A stretch of 64,000 nt of DNA, taken from the NCBI RefSeq assembly GCF_009914755.1, contig NC_060930.1, one strand, 5' to 3'. Made by a program: the position numbers and the translations under genes. Within the stretch, counting starts at the first letter, position 1, and every line of letters begins with the position of its first letter. Shown here piece after piece: positions 1 through 14,844 of this stretch. This DNA is from the human T2T-CHM13v2.0 reference genome, Homo sapiens. Under the pieces are notes generated by a model. It was given only the letters and a program-made list of their open reading frames with translations. It did no database searches and had not been told where the DNA came from.

Positions 1-1119
1 AAAGGCACTTGAAGACATCAAGAAAAATAGAGTGGCATCATTGACTGTCAAATTAAATAATATTGCAGTCTCAAATTTATACCCTGAATGTGCCTAATGC
101 TGTCAGCAGTACAGGTAATGCAAGCTGTGTTATATTGCAACTTTTTAAATTAAATAAAGGTTAAAATGGCTATTCTTAATAGAAGTAAATTCCTTTCTAA
201 TAAACTCTGTTTTACTATTTCCATAACTTGATAGAGAATATTTAATGTAATATAAAGTCCTCAAAATTTCAAGTCATAATTTGTTTTAAATAAAATATGT
301 ATCAAATTTTAAAGTTTAGGCAAATGTAAAATGTTAATTTTAAGCTGTTAATAGTATTAAAAACACATTTTACATTTTAAAACCCACCTTAGAAATGATG
401 GCCTGTCCCTTAATAATAATATGCTATTATGTATCATTGATTTGCCACTAAATTATGTTAAAAATAGAAATGTTTAGCCATATTGTTTTGAATAATATTG
501 GCTGTATCCTCATATGTTTTTCCCCTCCAAACTTTTTTGTATATTTTGGGTATATAACAGGATATCAATAGGCCAAGCAGTTTTTTTTTTTCAGATAAAC
601 AAACATTAAAAGTTTAAAAATAAAATATTTTAAAGTTAATTTCTGGAAAGAGCATATTAGTCAGGATAACTTGAATACCGAGGCACTGTAAACAAGCTCC
701 AGGAGCTTCTTCAGGTTGGAGATATATGGTCTATGTGATGTGTATTTAGGCCTGGAATCTACACTAACAAAATATCTCCTTTTCGCTCTAAATGGTGACA
801 GCAGAATAATATAGTAAAAAAATTATTTTAAATATTAGTTCTTTTTCAAGATTCCCTCTACAATGTACAAAGGCCACAGAATAGAATAGATATGGCTTTC
901 TCATGAACATGATCAGTTTAAGATGCAAAACCCACATCCTTTATATTTTTTGGGCTCTGTTATAGATATTGGTTTCTGTATTAGCGATACTTTCTTTTGA
1001 ACTGTGAGTTGTTTCCTCAAAACATGCTGAAATACACAGACACTTTGAGATTTTAAAAGAGTGTTTTGAATACAAGGTACAGGAAAGATTGTATGAAACT
1101 TTATCTCAGAGAAGAAAGT

Positions 1120-1141
1120 TTAGGACTTGTCAATCACATAC
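1120..1141 (-). CDS. SYNE1: Intron read-through C-terminus EYVIDKS* of KASH-less/CPG2-type SYNE1 isoforms
   Basis: GA|G TAT GTG ATT GAC AAG TCC TAA continues the exon frame; the peptide matches my recollection of a short nesprin-1 isoform C-terminus. Confidence 0.7.
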
Positions 1142-1302
1142 TCTTCTTCAAGCGTGTCTTCTAATTTTTTGACTTGTTCTTTGATTGACTTGGCCTGCTG
1201 TTGAAGCAGCTGCTTATTTTGGGGCCCAAGCGGTATCTCTGAAGCTTCCTTTACAAGGTTCTCAGCCTGGACTGCAATACTTTCTGTCCGTTTAGAAAAC
1301 TC
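1142..1302 (-). CDS. SYNE1: SYNE1 coding exon (~exon 33), spectrin-repeat region
   Basis: TTTTCTAG| acceptor, |GTATGT donor, 161 nt; encodes EFSKRTESIAVQAENLVKEASEIPLGPQNKQLLQQQAKSIKEQVKKLEDTLEE(D), recognised as nesprin-1. Confidence 0.95.
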
Positions 1303-1495
1303 CTAGAAAAAATATTATGATCATTAGGTAGGCACTTTATATTATTTATCTCTGCCCTCAAATAAAGTGCACATATTGCATACAGAACAGATGGGTGGAT
1401 GAAGACATAGAGTCATACATGTATGGATCTTACATTGTTCTTAACAATAAATCTGACTTATTTCCATATGGCCAAAATAGACACTTTGCTAACAG

Positions 1496-1800
1496 TTTTT
1501 TATTTTATTTCTTTTTTTTTGAGATAGGGTCTTGCTCTTTTGCCCATGCTGGAATGCAGTGGTGCAATCATGGCTCACTGCAGCTTCCAACTCCTGGGTT
1601 TATATGATTTTCCTACCTCAACCTCCTGAGTAGCTGGGACCACAGGCAGGCACTACCACATCTGGCTAATTTTCTGATTTTTGTAGAGATGAGGTCTCAC
1701 TATGTTGCCCAAGCTGATCTTGAACTCCTGGGCTCAAGTGATCCTCCAGTCTTGACCTCCCAAAATGCTGGGATCACAGGCAGGTGCCACCATGCCTGGC
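1496..1800 (-). mobile_element. Alu (AluJ-like)
   Basis: Poly-T then gagatagggtcttgctc...ccaccatgcctggc; dimeric and diverged. Confidence 0.9.
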
Positions 1801-2084
1801 TAACTTTTTAATTTTCTATACACAACCAGCTATTTGCCTTCATAGTTTTCCAATAATACTCACAAAAATTGTTTCTCCTTTGTTTCCTGGTTTTGTCTCA
1901 TTGTTTAGAATTCTTAGATCCATTATAATAATTAATTTATTCACAAATATGCTTACTTATTACAGGCCAGTTCACAAAATCAATAGTGATTGATCATAGA
2001 CATAATAGATTTCTAGGCCAATGAATAGAAACATTTATTTATTTAATGTAATATCTTAGTCAAAAGAGACTATCAATGATCTTT

Positions 2085-2364
2085 GGCCAGGCATGACGGC
2101 TCATGCCTTTAACTCCAGCATTTTGGGAGGCTGAGGCAGGAGGATCACTTGAGGCCAGGAGTTTGAGACTAGCCTTGGCAAAATGGGAAGACCTCCATCT
2201 CTAGGGAAAAAAAAAAAAGTGACCAGGCATGATGGTGCATGCCTGTAGTCCTGGCTACTCAGGAGGCTGAGGTGAGAGGAGATAGAGGCTGCAGTGAGCA
2301 GGCATAATGGCGCCACTACATTCCAGCCCAGGCAACAGAGCAAGAATTTGTCTCAAAAAAAAAA
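2085..2364 (+). mobile_element. Alu (AluJ-like)
   Basis: ggccaggcatg...gtctcaaaaaaaaaa. Confidence 0.9.
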
Positions 2365-2469
2365 GAGAGAGAGAAGTAATCAAGCCATTTTGTTAACTAG
2401 TTCTCTGAAAAGAGCTATAATCTAATCTTAGTGCTGTTAAATCTTATTTATTACATACACATGTATCAC

Positions 2470-2670
2470 ATGATGGAAAGAGAATATAAGTTTTGAACCA
2501 GTCAAGCCTGGGCTAGAATCCAGGATCACTAGTTGTTTGACTTTGGTGAATTATTTTCAGGCTCTTTCATGTAAAATGCAGATGATAATGCTTTTCTTAG
2601 AAGGTTACTGTTAGCATTCTATTAGCAATCTTACTTTTAAAGTGCCTAACACTCTGGGAGATACTGATTA
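2470..2670 (+). mobile_element. MIR fragment (approximate bounds)
   Basis: cctgggctagaatccagg...tcatgtaaaatgcagatgataat...aaagtgcctaacac resembles the MIR core. Confidence 0.6.
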
Positions 2671-3159
2671 TTGTTTTTTATGTCTCTCATACAAACTTGA
2701 GGACAAAATGATTTATTAAGCCAATATACTTATTTTAAATATTTTAAAATAGTTGAAAATACTTATTTTCAACTATTTTAATTGAAAAGTTGATTTAGTA
2801 TGTATGTGGCTGGTAAATATTAGATGTTACCTGAATTTTGTCAAGTAATTATATTGAATGCTGAATTAGAAAAGGTAAACCCAGTAATAACCTAAGTGAA
2901 GAAAATGTACTTGGTATCTCACTTCTTCTCATGTAAGAGAATCTCACAGGAGGTTTAAATTTTGATCAACTCCCTTCTCCTAAATGAATAATGTAGAAAT
3001 ATAAGTATTTTTCCAAAGTCAGCTTTTCAGTAAGAGCATCTCCTAGAACATAGTACCATATAAGATAGAGTTACTAAATAATACTATTATATCTTCATGT
3101 TTAAAAGACTTAATGTTCTCATAGAAATATCACGAGTTCGGCCAACAAATATCAGTGTT

Positions 3160-3233
3160 GGCCAAGATTGTGCCACTGCACTCCAGCCTAGGTGACAGAG
3201 TGAGACTCTGTCTCAAAAAAGAAGAAGAAAAAA
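3160..3233 (+). mobile_element. 5'-truncated Alu (3' end only) with target-site duplication
   Basis: gccaagattgtgccactgcactccagcc...tctcaaaaaa flanked by aaatatcagtgtt / aaaaatcaatgtt. Confidence 0.8.
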
Positions 3234-4099
3234 TCAATGTTACTTCAGAGAACTACGTTGCAATTTAAGAGAATAAAAATGAATAAGTACAGCTTCCTTA
3301 TGGCATAGAGATTTATAGTACACTAAAATATGGTAGTTGCTAATGTCACAACATTAAATTCTTTGGATAAAAGCACCCACTGTTACTATATCTGACAGTC
3401 ATGGTAGATTCAATTGTGGAGATTACAAATCACCACATGATCTCTTAGAATCCCATGAATATAATCAGAAGTGAAAAATAAAGTGTTTTATTTTTTTCTG
3501 CTAGTGTTTCTCAGAACCCAGGAAAAACATGGAAAAAGTAATGTTTGAAAATGCTTATATACATTCAATTTTAGAGCTTTTTATGTGAGCTATGTATGGA
3601 AAAAGCATAATGCAGAGAAATCGAAAGAGCAGAATGATGGTGATAAAAAAACAAAATTAAACAAAAACAGAATAACATTGTAAGGCCTTATCTCTAACTT
3701 CTTAGAAAACATATGAGTGGCAGGCAGCAGGATGCATCAGGTAAAAATTGACTCACATTAGATTGATCTGGGATGAAACCTAGGCTCCAACCTTCATTAG
3801 CTGAGTGACCTTTGGCCACATCTCTCTGAATTTTCCTTTCTTCATCACTAAAGCCATATCTTATTTTCAAGATTAAACATGACATTGCTATGAACCCTCT
3901 ATCACACACACCAGTACACAGAGGACACTCAAGTCCCTTAGCATAACCATTCCTTAGCACAACTACTCAAGGGCTATCAACTTGAATAAAGGTTTGTAAT
4001 AACAAAGCAAAATGAGCAAAGAACTACAGGAGAACAATGATTCTAGATTGGCAGTGAGCATAGGCAATTAGTAAAATGGCTCTGTTTTTTGAATGAAAA

Positions 4100-4350
4100 A
4101 ATAACGTAGTGACTAAAGATGTGGGCTCTGGAAAAGGACCTTTTGGATTGAAATCCCAACCTCACTATTTAGTGATCCGCAGATCTTGAGTGAGTTCATC
4201 ACCAACTTTGTGCCTTATGTGTCCTTCCTCATATAACACGATTGATAATGATACCTATTTCTTAGGACTGTTTTGAGGATTAAAGGCGATGATAAACATC
4301 AAATAATTAATTCGGCATATTATATGTGTTTGATAAATGTCACCTCATAT
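4100..4350 (+). mobile_element. MIR (approximate bounds)
   Basis: gtgggctctgg...ttgaaatcccaacctcac...ggactgttttgaggattaaa. Confidence 0.6.
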
Positions 4351-4593
4351 TATTACATCAATCCCAAAGCATAGAAGACCATGGACAAAGGAGAATTTGA
4401 ATAACAAGACTCAAAAGATTCCATTTGTTTCAATCTACAGGTACTTAAACTGATCCAAAGGAATTAGTGCAAATGGAATCATAGGGGGTCAGAAACTCTG
4501 GCTGGAACGTGGTCAGAAACATTTAGGAAATTAACCCAATAAACATCTTTGTATTTATAAAAGGCACCTGATACGTTTTTAATACACGAAATA

Positions 4594-4729
4594 ATTTATT
4601 TATTTTTTAAAATAGAGATGGGGTATTGCTATATTGACCAGGCTGGTCTCAACTCGTGGCCTCAAGCAATCCTCCCATCTCAGCCTCCCAAAGTTTTAGG
4701 ATTACAGGCATGAGCCATCGTACCCGGCC
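4594..4729 (-). mobile_element. Alu monomer (FLAM-like)
   Basis: Single left-arm monomer flanked by an aaataattta duplication. Confidence 0.8.
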
Positions 4730-5139
4730 AAATAATTTAAATTAAAAATTAAAATAATGTTCTATTTAAATGACTGATGAATATCGTATAGACTTGAAAG
4801 AGTCTGTGGTCTTAGAAAACTTCAAAATCCTCAGTGAGTTTTTAGGAGAAACAAAAAATTAGCAGTATGGGAGAGAGTGAAGCCTTTTGCAGGTAAGAAA
4901 ACAGAAACACAAAGGTTTTCTTGCTAAAGGCTAGGGAAGGGTGGGCACAAGGCTCTTCTTTCTAAGACACCAGTTAGTTCATTTCTCTACTAATTCAGTC
5001 TTTCTATAAACCCCAAAGAGGCACCACAGGAACTTCAATGCTTGGTACAAATTGGTTGGTCTGCTTAGAGTGTCCAAGGTGTTTGAGCTTGTAGGGTTGG
5101 GTTCACCAAGTACACCTACTAAATACGGTCTGTTTGATG

Positions 5140-6240
<1,101 letters not shown>

Positions 6241-6333
6241 AATAACAATTAATAGTAATAATGGAGGAGAAATCATTTTGTTTGTTTTGCTTTGTTTTTT
6301 CTGAATATTGGGTACCAAGGAGCCATAATATAC

Positions 6334-6474
6334 CTTTGTTTGTTCCAGTTCTGAAGATAAACTTTCCAAACTGCTAAAACTCAAGAAGCGTTCATGACTG
6401 GAACCTGTTTGAAAAAGGTATCTTACTACTGTTTCTTTGTTTGTTTCAAATCGCTCCCATTTTCTTAATGTGAC
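6334..6474 (-). CDS. SYNE1: SYNE1 coding exon (~exon 32)
   Basis: TTTAG| ... |GTATAT, 141 nt, phase 0/0; VTLRKWERFETNKETVVRYLFQTGSSHERFLSFSSLESLSSELEQTK. Confidence 0.95.
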
Positions 6475-7278
6475 CTAAATTTGAAAAAATAAACAACAAA
6501 TGGGTTACAAATGTCACACAATACTATCATATTTTCATTCGTTTGCAAAACTGTCAACTTTCAGCGAATTCTCATTTCAAATTTCACACAGTCACAATGA
6601 ATAGAGATGATTCTAGTATCTTCTGTAAGAATTTCTTTTCTCTATGTTAATGTTTTCGTCTACAAAAAGAGAGGACACATGGACTCAGATGATTTCTGAG
6701 TTTTTTATAATTTGTAAAGTCTTGGAAATGTAAAGATATTACTTAAAATGTAGATAAGTGACAAAAAAATAAAAAAGGCCTCTCAATCTGTCTCAAACAA
6801 GAAAGGAAGCACAGAAGAAGGTAGGGAGAGGGACAAGGAGATGAAGAGAGAGCATTAAGCAGTTGGCAAAAACTCAGAAACATTTTTAAAGGTAATGTGT
6901 CAACATCCCAATAAAGCATAAAGGTGGCATAAATGTGTGGCTGCATGGCTTCCTGGAAAAGTGAAATGGCATGATCAAATTTCTGGATTCAGAAAAGTGT
7001 GGATGAAATCCTGGCTTTATTATTGATCAGTGCTGTGTGATACAGCACCTAGTCCTCAAACTCTTTCTTCTTAAGCATCCACACTTGCAAAATGTGCAAC
7101 TTCCAATATCCATCTCTAAGGCTGATGTGATGATTAAAAGATGGTTCATGTACAGAATTTAACACAGGGCTGAAACATCAGAGGCGGTAACAAAGGTTCG
7201 CCTTGGTGTTATGAGGCACAACCGGAAGTGAACACTGCCCAGCCTCTGTTTAAATGGCCCCTAACTTCCGGCTCCTAC

Positions 7279-7449
7279 CTGGATGCGGCGTTCCTGCCTC
7301 TCCCGGCTGCGCTCCAGGCCATCCAGTGTGCTCTCCAGCTTCCGCAGCTCCTCGTGGCCTCGGTCAGGCAGCCCCCCTTCTCCCTGCTGCGCCTGCGCGA
7401 TCTGCTGCTGCACATCTCTCTTCTTTGCTGAGATCCGCTTTGTCTTTTG
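7279..7449 (-). CDS. SYNE1: SYNE1 coding exon (~exon 31), CpG-rich
   Basis: TTCTAG| ... |GTAGGA, 171 nt; QKTKRISAKKRDVQQQIAQAQQGEGGLPDRGHEELRKLESTLDGLERSRERQERRIQ. Confidence 0.95.
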
Positions 7450-7862
7450 CTAGAAGCATTTATTCAACAGATGGATATAAATTGTGCTCTCTAAACAGCT
7501 AAGTAGGGACATCAACACCCACGCTTAACAGAAGTACAGAAAGGTGGGCCCGAAATGTATTTTAAAGCTAAGATTAACAGTTGAAATGGTAGTCGGTTGC
7601 TATATTAGTCAAAGATGAACATTATTTATAAATATTGTATGTTTTTAATGGTAAACAACATAAATAATTTGGCTTTCGTGTTTTGTGTGCAAATTTGGAG
7701 AATATTTAGCATTTTGTGCAATACTCTAGGAAGAGTCTGGCAAAACAATTCATCTGACATGATTCTTCTTAAATAATTATTTTCTGCTTAAAAACACAAA
7801 GTCCCAACTCCAATTTTTAAAAATTATTTATTTTATTAAAATGCAAATATTAAGAGATTTAT

Positions 7863-8196
<334 letters not shown>

Positions 8197-8451
8197 TTAA
8201 TTTGCTGAGATTTTGTGGGGGGAAATTGTCTTAAAGTAAACTTTTTATTGAAGTATAATCTTCAAATAGAATAGTACATAAATCTCAGATATGCAGCTTA
8301 TAAATTTTCACAAAGTAAATGCACCCATATAAAAAGTACCTGGCCTAAGCATTTTAAAATATTAACATAAATATCTATAATCTTAAATTTATTGGACCTA
8401 AAGTAAATGGAAACCCAAAAAACCATTTCACAATGATTGAGAACAATGTAA

Positions 8452-8767
<316 letters not shown>

Positions 8768-9614
8768 TATACTCAGCCTTTTTATAATTATTAAGTAAAT
8801 CTAGAAATCCTGAAGGCTGGGATTTTAAACATACTTTTAATGCAACTTCCATTTTTATATATTACAGAATATATATGTATATAATACACACACAAACATA
8901 TTATATAAATTAGCTACCATTTTGCTACTGTGTATCAGGTTAGCTAGAATTTTTCATTAAAATATTTTATTTGAATCAAATTTCCATTTATATTGCGTTT
9001 AACAAGGTATATATTCCTTTTATGCAAACATTTGTAATGTGCACTACCAGACTATCAGAAATTAAGTTGATTAAAATAGCTTCTTATCAGTATATATACC
9101 AGAATTTCTTTATTTCTAGTTCTAATCTTTATAAGAGTGTACACTCCAGGAAGGTCTAGTACTTCAAGTAAGTCATCATTTCTCAAACTAAAGTGTGTTC
9201 AGCGTTGTAAGTTGAAGAGAAAGATTTTAATATAATGACAAAAGAACAGTGATCTCAAATAGGAAGCAATTGGTCCATCTATGCCTTTCCATCTGTTTTG
9301 AAAAGGAGAATCTAGCACGTTTTGTGCAGTTTTTCATAGCTAAATCAATTTTCTCTCCACAGTATTCCTTGAACTTTTTGATGTCATCAAGTCACTCGGT
9401 CTGGAAATTTATGTTGCAGAATATCCTGAAATGTTTAATATTTAACAGAGAAAGCAAAACCCAGAAGCGCCAAATTCTTTTAGCCATTCAACTCTTCCTT
9501 CCCATGCCCCCTCACCCACTCTCTCAAGCCAGTGGTTGTATTCTTTATCTCTCTGGTTCTTTCAGTAGCAAATCAACTTTACATAATCTTGTTGGAAGAA
9601 AGAGGCATTTTTAC

Positions 9615-9782
9615 CTGGTGATGAAGAAGTAACTGCTGTGCTTCAAACAGATTTTCAGTATCCAAGATCTTCTCAGCTTGTTCCTGGACTTCTTTAGAGC
9701 CAGAAATTAATTCTTCGAGAGAATTTTTGACTATTTCTTTGTACTGGACACAGTCCCCAAAATTGCTTAGCATCTTTTCAAC
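9615..9782 (-). CDS. SYNE1: SYNE1 coding exon (~exon 30)
   Basis: ATAG| ... |GTAAAA, 168 nt; VEKMLSNFGDCVQYKEIVKNSLEELISGSKEVQEQAEKILDTENLFEAQQLLLHHQ (overlaps ORF 9579..9773). Confidence 0.95.
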
Positions 9783-9839
9783 CTATATTTTCATGAAAAA
9801 AAAAAACACGTAAATCATATGCTACTTGTTGAAGTTTGT

Positions 9840-10100
9840 ATAATTTTTTTGGTAAGGTATGATTGACAAATAAACATTGTACATATTTAAGGTGTACTAC
9901 GTGACTGTGAAATGATTCTCCACATCAGGCTAATTAGCCTGTCATCTCACATATTTCTCCTTTTGTTTTTTTGTGAGAACACTTAAGGTCCACTCTCGTA
10001 GCAAGTTTCAAGTATACAATAGGTAATATTAACTGCAGTCACCACCAGAACTTTTTCATCTTAGAACTTAATGTTTGTACTCTTCGATCAAAACCCCCCT
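9840..10100 (-). mobile_element. Old L1 (L1M) 3'-end fragment
   Basis: gtacatatttaaggtgtac...gtgagaacacttaag...caagtatacaat...gtcaccaccagaactt. Confidence 0.65.
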
Positions 10101-12109
10101 GTTGAAGATCATGTAATCTTACATATTTTAGGACTGTGCACAAAGTCTACCTCAACCACTTGACATATAAACACAGATCTTTAACTTTTATTCTTTCTCA
10201 TATTACTCAGGCTTATTCCATTATCATTAAATTTCATAATCATTTATGGGGCTTACAGGTTTTATTCGATATGGTGCTCTGGGGCATATTAAAAACCCAT
10301 TCAACCTGGTAATCAAGGAAGGATAACAAAACTGCATATATTATATATATATATATTGCCTTTTAGGTCTCTTTCATTATAATTGCGTGACTAAAACCTA
10401 ATTATAAAAGTGCCTTACAAGAAAGTGAGTCCGTATTATTTAAAACAAATAGGAAAACATTTGTAGAGTTGAAAAAGAGAATAAAAGAGTATTTGTTATA
10501 AATGTGCTTCCAATATTCCTACATAAAAATAAATATAATTTACAATTTTGTAGTCATCTAATGGATTCTCTTCCTTATCATTTCCCTAAATTTTGAATTT
10601 TCTTGTCTAATTTCTGCTTCCTCTATTTCAGTTTTACCAACATCCTTTGTTTTCGAAGCCTATCCTTTATCTTCACTAAGATCCTCCTTTTTACATGTTG
10701 TCATTTGTTTTCCACAGAAGCCTTCCAGTTTCTTCTTCTTTTATCCTATCTTTTTTCTTTGACTCTCTTCTGATCTAAGTTTTTCCAAGGAGAGCAATCT
10801 GTTCTCCAAACAAGCAGCAATGAGACCTTACGAACACCACAAACTCCCAATTTCAATATAAATCAGAGCAAATCTATTGAAATAATGACTCTTCACTGTA
10901 TCTTGTGCATCCACCCACAGTCTTTTTTTTTCTTACACTGGACAATTGCAAACACATTGTGTTCAACATTAATTTAAATACTAAATGAATTATTATCAAA
11001 GAAAGGGGCTGAATGTGCCACATCCATCTCTTCATACAAATCTATCTGTAAACAAAATGTGTTTTTCTCCTTTCCTCTCTTTCTGCTTTCACTAAGTAAG
11101 TGATCAAGTAGTGGAAAAGGGTATTAATATAAATTATGCAGAAGTTTAAGGCAGATGAGTGTGTAAAAAATTAATGTCTGTATGAACATTCATTAGAGAG
11201 AGATTCTTACTATAAGTCCTGGGGCAAAATCATGACAGTACTTGGAAGATAAAGCAAATGGCCTTGGTAAATGTTAGGGAAACTACTGACTTCTAACTTT
11301 AAAGACAGTCAATTTTTTTTTTTTTTTTTTTGGTGAGACAAAATATATTACAAGCTTGTCTGTGAATAACGACAAGTATTTGTTTGATCTTGGCTCAAAG
11401 ATCACCTTCATGTACACTAACTTTTTAGAATGTTGTTTTTGCTTTTCCTGTCACCAAAAGAGGGAAGGAAAGAGCAAAACAGGCAACTGGCTAAATGTGG
11501 CCGTTGCTTTGAAAGATGGATAATCAAAGGATTGAAATAGGTTATGTTCCAAAATTTGATTAATCATAGAACTATTTTCAATTTGTCAAAAACTCATAGG
11601 GAAACTCTAATTTATATATAAAAATTCTCACATAAAACTAAAATCGTAAGCAGTTCAGAGTATTTTTGGCTTATGTAAATTCAGCACTAGAGTCTCAAGC
11701 AGATTTAAATGGATTAAAAACATGAAGGTTAACAGATGAATTGTTAGATGAGAAATCTCTGTGGAGAATTTCAGATTTTCAGAAACAGAGCTTTGTGGTC
11801 ATTTTCTTGTAATCCATTAGGCCATTTTTCCATGCAAGTTTCTACTTAAATGATTTCAAGAAATACTGGTAAATATCTATTCTACTTTACGTTCTTACAT
11901 TATCTTCCAAAGCACAAACTTAGATTTATATAAAAACCTGGTCAGTAAAAATATTTTTGCTGATGGTGGAAGTGGCCCTACTGGAAATGAAGTAGATGCG
12001 TTTGTATATTTTAATCTATAAAGGAATATAGAAAAACATTAAAATGCATATCAAAGCACTAGGAAGAGAATTTCACTGGCCTGCTGATTAAACACTGAAT
12101 ATTTTATTA

Positions 12110-12350
12110 TTACTAAGAACCAGCTATTGAGCATTTACTCTGTTTCAGGAACTACACTATGTGCTTAACATACATTACTGCATTTAATTCATGATACTTC
12201 TTTTTAGAGTGAGTATTTTTAACCCTGTGTTATAAATAAGGAAATCAAGACCTAGATGTTATGTAAGTTGAAGGTTACCTAGGAGGTAGGGTATCACATT
12301 TAAACTCTAATCCTGGATTTCTTTGACCCTAAGCCTTATTCTTAGCCTCC
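12110..12350 (-). mobile_element. MIR (approximate bounds)
   Basis: tattgagcatttactctg...catttaattc...aaggaaatcaagacctag. Confidence 0.6.
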
Positions 12351-12660
12351 ATGATTTATCTTAAGCTGACCATAAAATAACAATGCTTTTTATAAGAGTA
12401 AAAACAGTGGATTTGACAAGTTTTATATTTCAGATATAGGTCATGAACCTGAACTAACATTTCCAATAATGGCACAGACCATACATCAAACATCCTCTTC
12501 ATCTTTCCCAACAAGCTTCATACAAAAAAAGCATAACAACAATTCTGTTTCAACTATGGTTTCTTTATAAAATTACTTGCTAAACTACAACCAGAAGAAA
12601 AAGAACCTTCCAGATGCCTCACTCAGAACTGTCTGTTTAGAGTGTGAGTAAATGCTGTAC

Positions 12661-12825
12661 CTCTGACAGCAGCGTCACAAGAGCCTTGAAAGAGCTGGAT
12701 AATTTTGCCAGCTCATCTCCCTGCTTTTGGGCTTCATTCTCAGAAGAAACTTCTGTCAAAACTTTCAGCCTGGATTTCAGCCAGCTGAGGGTCTCACCCC
12801 TTTTGGTAACACCATTTCTGATCTC
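12661..12825 (-). CDS. SYNE1: SYNE1 coding exon (~exon 29)
   Basis: TTTCAG| ... |GTACAG, 165 nt; EIRNGVTKRGETLSWLKSRLKVLTEVSSENEAQKQGDELAKLSSSFKALVTLLSE. Confidence 0.95.
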
Positions 12826-13762
12826 CTGAAATGAGAGAACACTTTTGATGAACACAGTGCAATGGTGAAATCATAACTTTCCAGCAATAAAGGACTCAGC
12901 CTAAAAAGGTTTGCAGGTGGAGCAGAATAGAGCCAGACATCATTCAGCAATACAGTGCCTGCTTAGTTTACTTTTTGTATGTACTTTTAACAAAAGTCCA
13001 CAAGTGCTTGAAAGAAAACTGTTGTCTATTCTTGAATCAGCTTCATAATTAGATTGGTTAGATACTTATAGATATGTCCTTGATGGGAAAAAAGATGATT
13101 CTAAAAATACTGTAGAAAAATATGAGACGCCACAATTGGCAACTATAACATACATACACTTTGTTATCTCACTTCCTTTGAGCTGGAAAGAAGATGATAT
13201 TTTGTGAAAAAATAATGAAAGTTCTTTTTTTCAACCAGCTGATTTCTTTTATTGAAGAGTCTACTTGTTGAATATTGTTATGGATGCTCTAAAGATTTAT
13301 TTTAACTTCATTAACTTACATTTTCTGCTGAATTTTTATTAGCTTTTAGAAGCCAGTATCCCATATAGCAAGAAGTATAAATGGGAGCACAGCTCTAATT
13401 TAGGAAGCGAGGCTTTATTGATAAGAAAATGCTAGAAAGACTCCAGGGCTTCAGACCTTGAAGGGCTGCTGACTGAGGGAGTGGTGACTGGAGCAGCCTG
13501 TCCTCCCTACAGCAGTTCTGGGGTGGCTCAAGAGCAGGGGTCCCCAACCAGGGCCACTCCAGGGCTTTGCCAGGGCAAATGCACACCAGCCAGGAAACTG
13601 TTGGTTCCAGACCCCAGTGATCTCTTCATTCTAGGATGTGAATTTTTTTTTGTGCGATGCAAGCAACCAGTAGCAAATGTAGATATCCTTCCATATGCAT
13701 ACCATGATATTGAGCACCACTAGCATTTAAGGGGATTGTATAATTTAATTGAAAAAGAAATG

Positions 13763-14074
<312 letters not shown>

Positions 14075-14735
14075 TCAAAGGACAGGAACAGAAAGGAAAT
14101 ATATTCTCCCCAACAGCAACTATGTGGCAACTTTGTGATGTGCAAGGGTTAAAAATGTTCAAAGATGAAGACTTTTTACAACATTATGTGTCTAAGAGTG
14201 AGAGAGTGCCATTTACAGAATGCAAACTGTGTTTGAGCCTGAGGCTCTGTGGCCCTGGTGGGGTTTTTCAGGCTGTACCCACACTGATAGAGGCTGAAAT
14301 GAACCAATCCAGCTTAATGTCACATAGAAAGGATGCCTAGAGACCTTGCCCAGCTCCCTGATCTTTCTGTGACCTGCCTTTTGCATGGCTGAAAATGTAT
14401 TGTATAAAAGCATACAGTGTTCTTGTTTTCCATGATGATTCTTAAGTTTCTACTGGGTTATACGCCCATGCATGCAATTTTCCACTCAGGACTCCCCATT
14501 AGCTAAAGATGCATTTGTGGCACCACGGAGCATGACTAACCCTCAAAGCTACCAAGGATTCAATAGGAAAAAACTCTACATGCTCCACAGTAATATAAGG
14601 GGACTTATTTTAAAGACAATTTTCAAGAACTTATTTTTTTTCCAGAAAGAAAAAAGCAGAGAACCGTTAGATTCTCTAACATTATTCTTCCACTATGAGA
14701 AATTTTCCTCTAGCAAATAATGACCCTGAACTTAC

Positions 14736-14844
14736 TTCAACGGCACGTTTAACCTCTCCGTGGTTGGCAGTATCGATGGCCTCACCCTTGATCCCCTTTA
14801 ATTGTGTCTCATTTGTAGATATCCAAGATGAGAACTCAGAGAAT
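14736..14844 (-). CDS. SYNE1: SYNE1 coding exon (~exon 28)
   Basis: TTTCAG| ... |GTAAGT, 109 nt, phase 2/0; (R)FSEFSSWISTNETQLKGIKGEAIDTANHGEVKRAVE. Confidence 0.95.

Noticed and set aside
7228-7502. Plus-strand ORFs overlapping SYNE1 exons (also 12644, 18793, 20582, 26852, 28000, 48287)
   Set aside because: Antisense shadows of coding exons; short and with no recognisable domains
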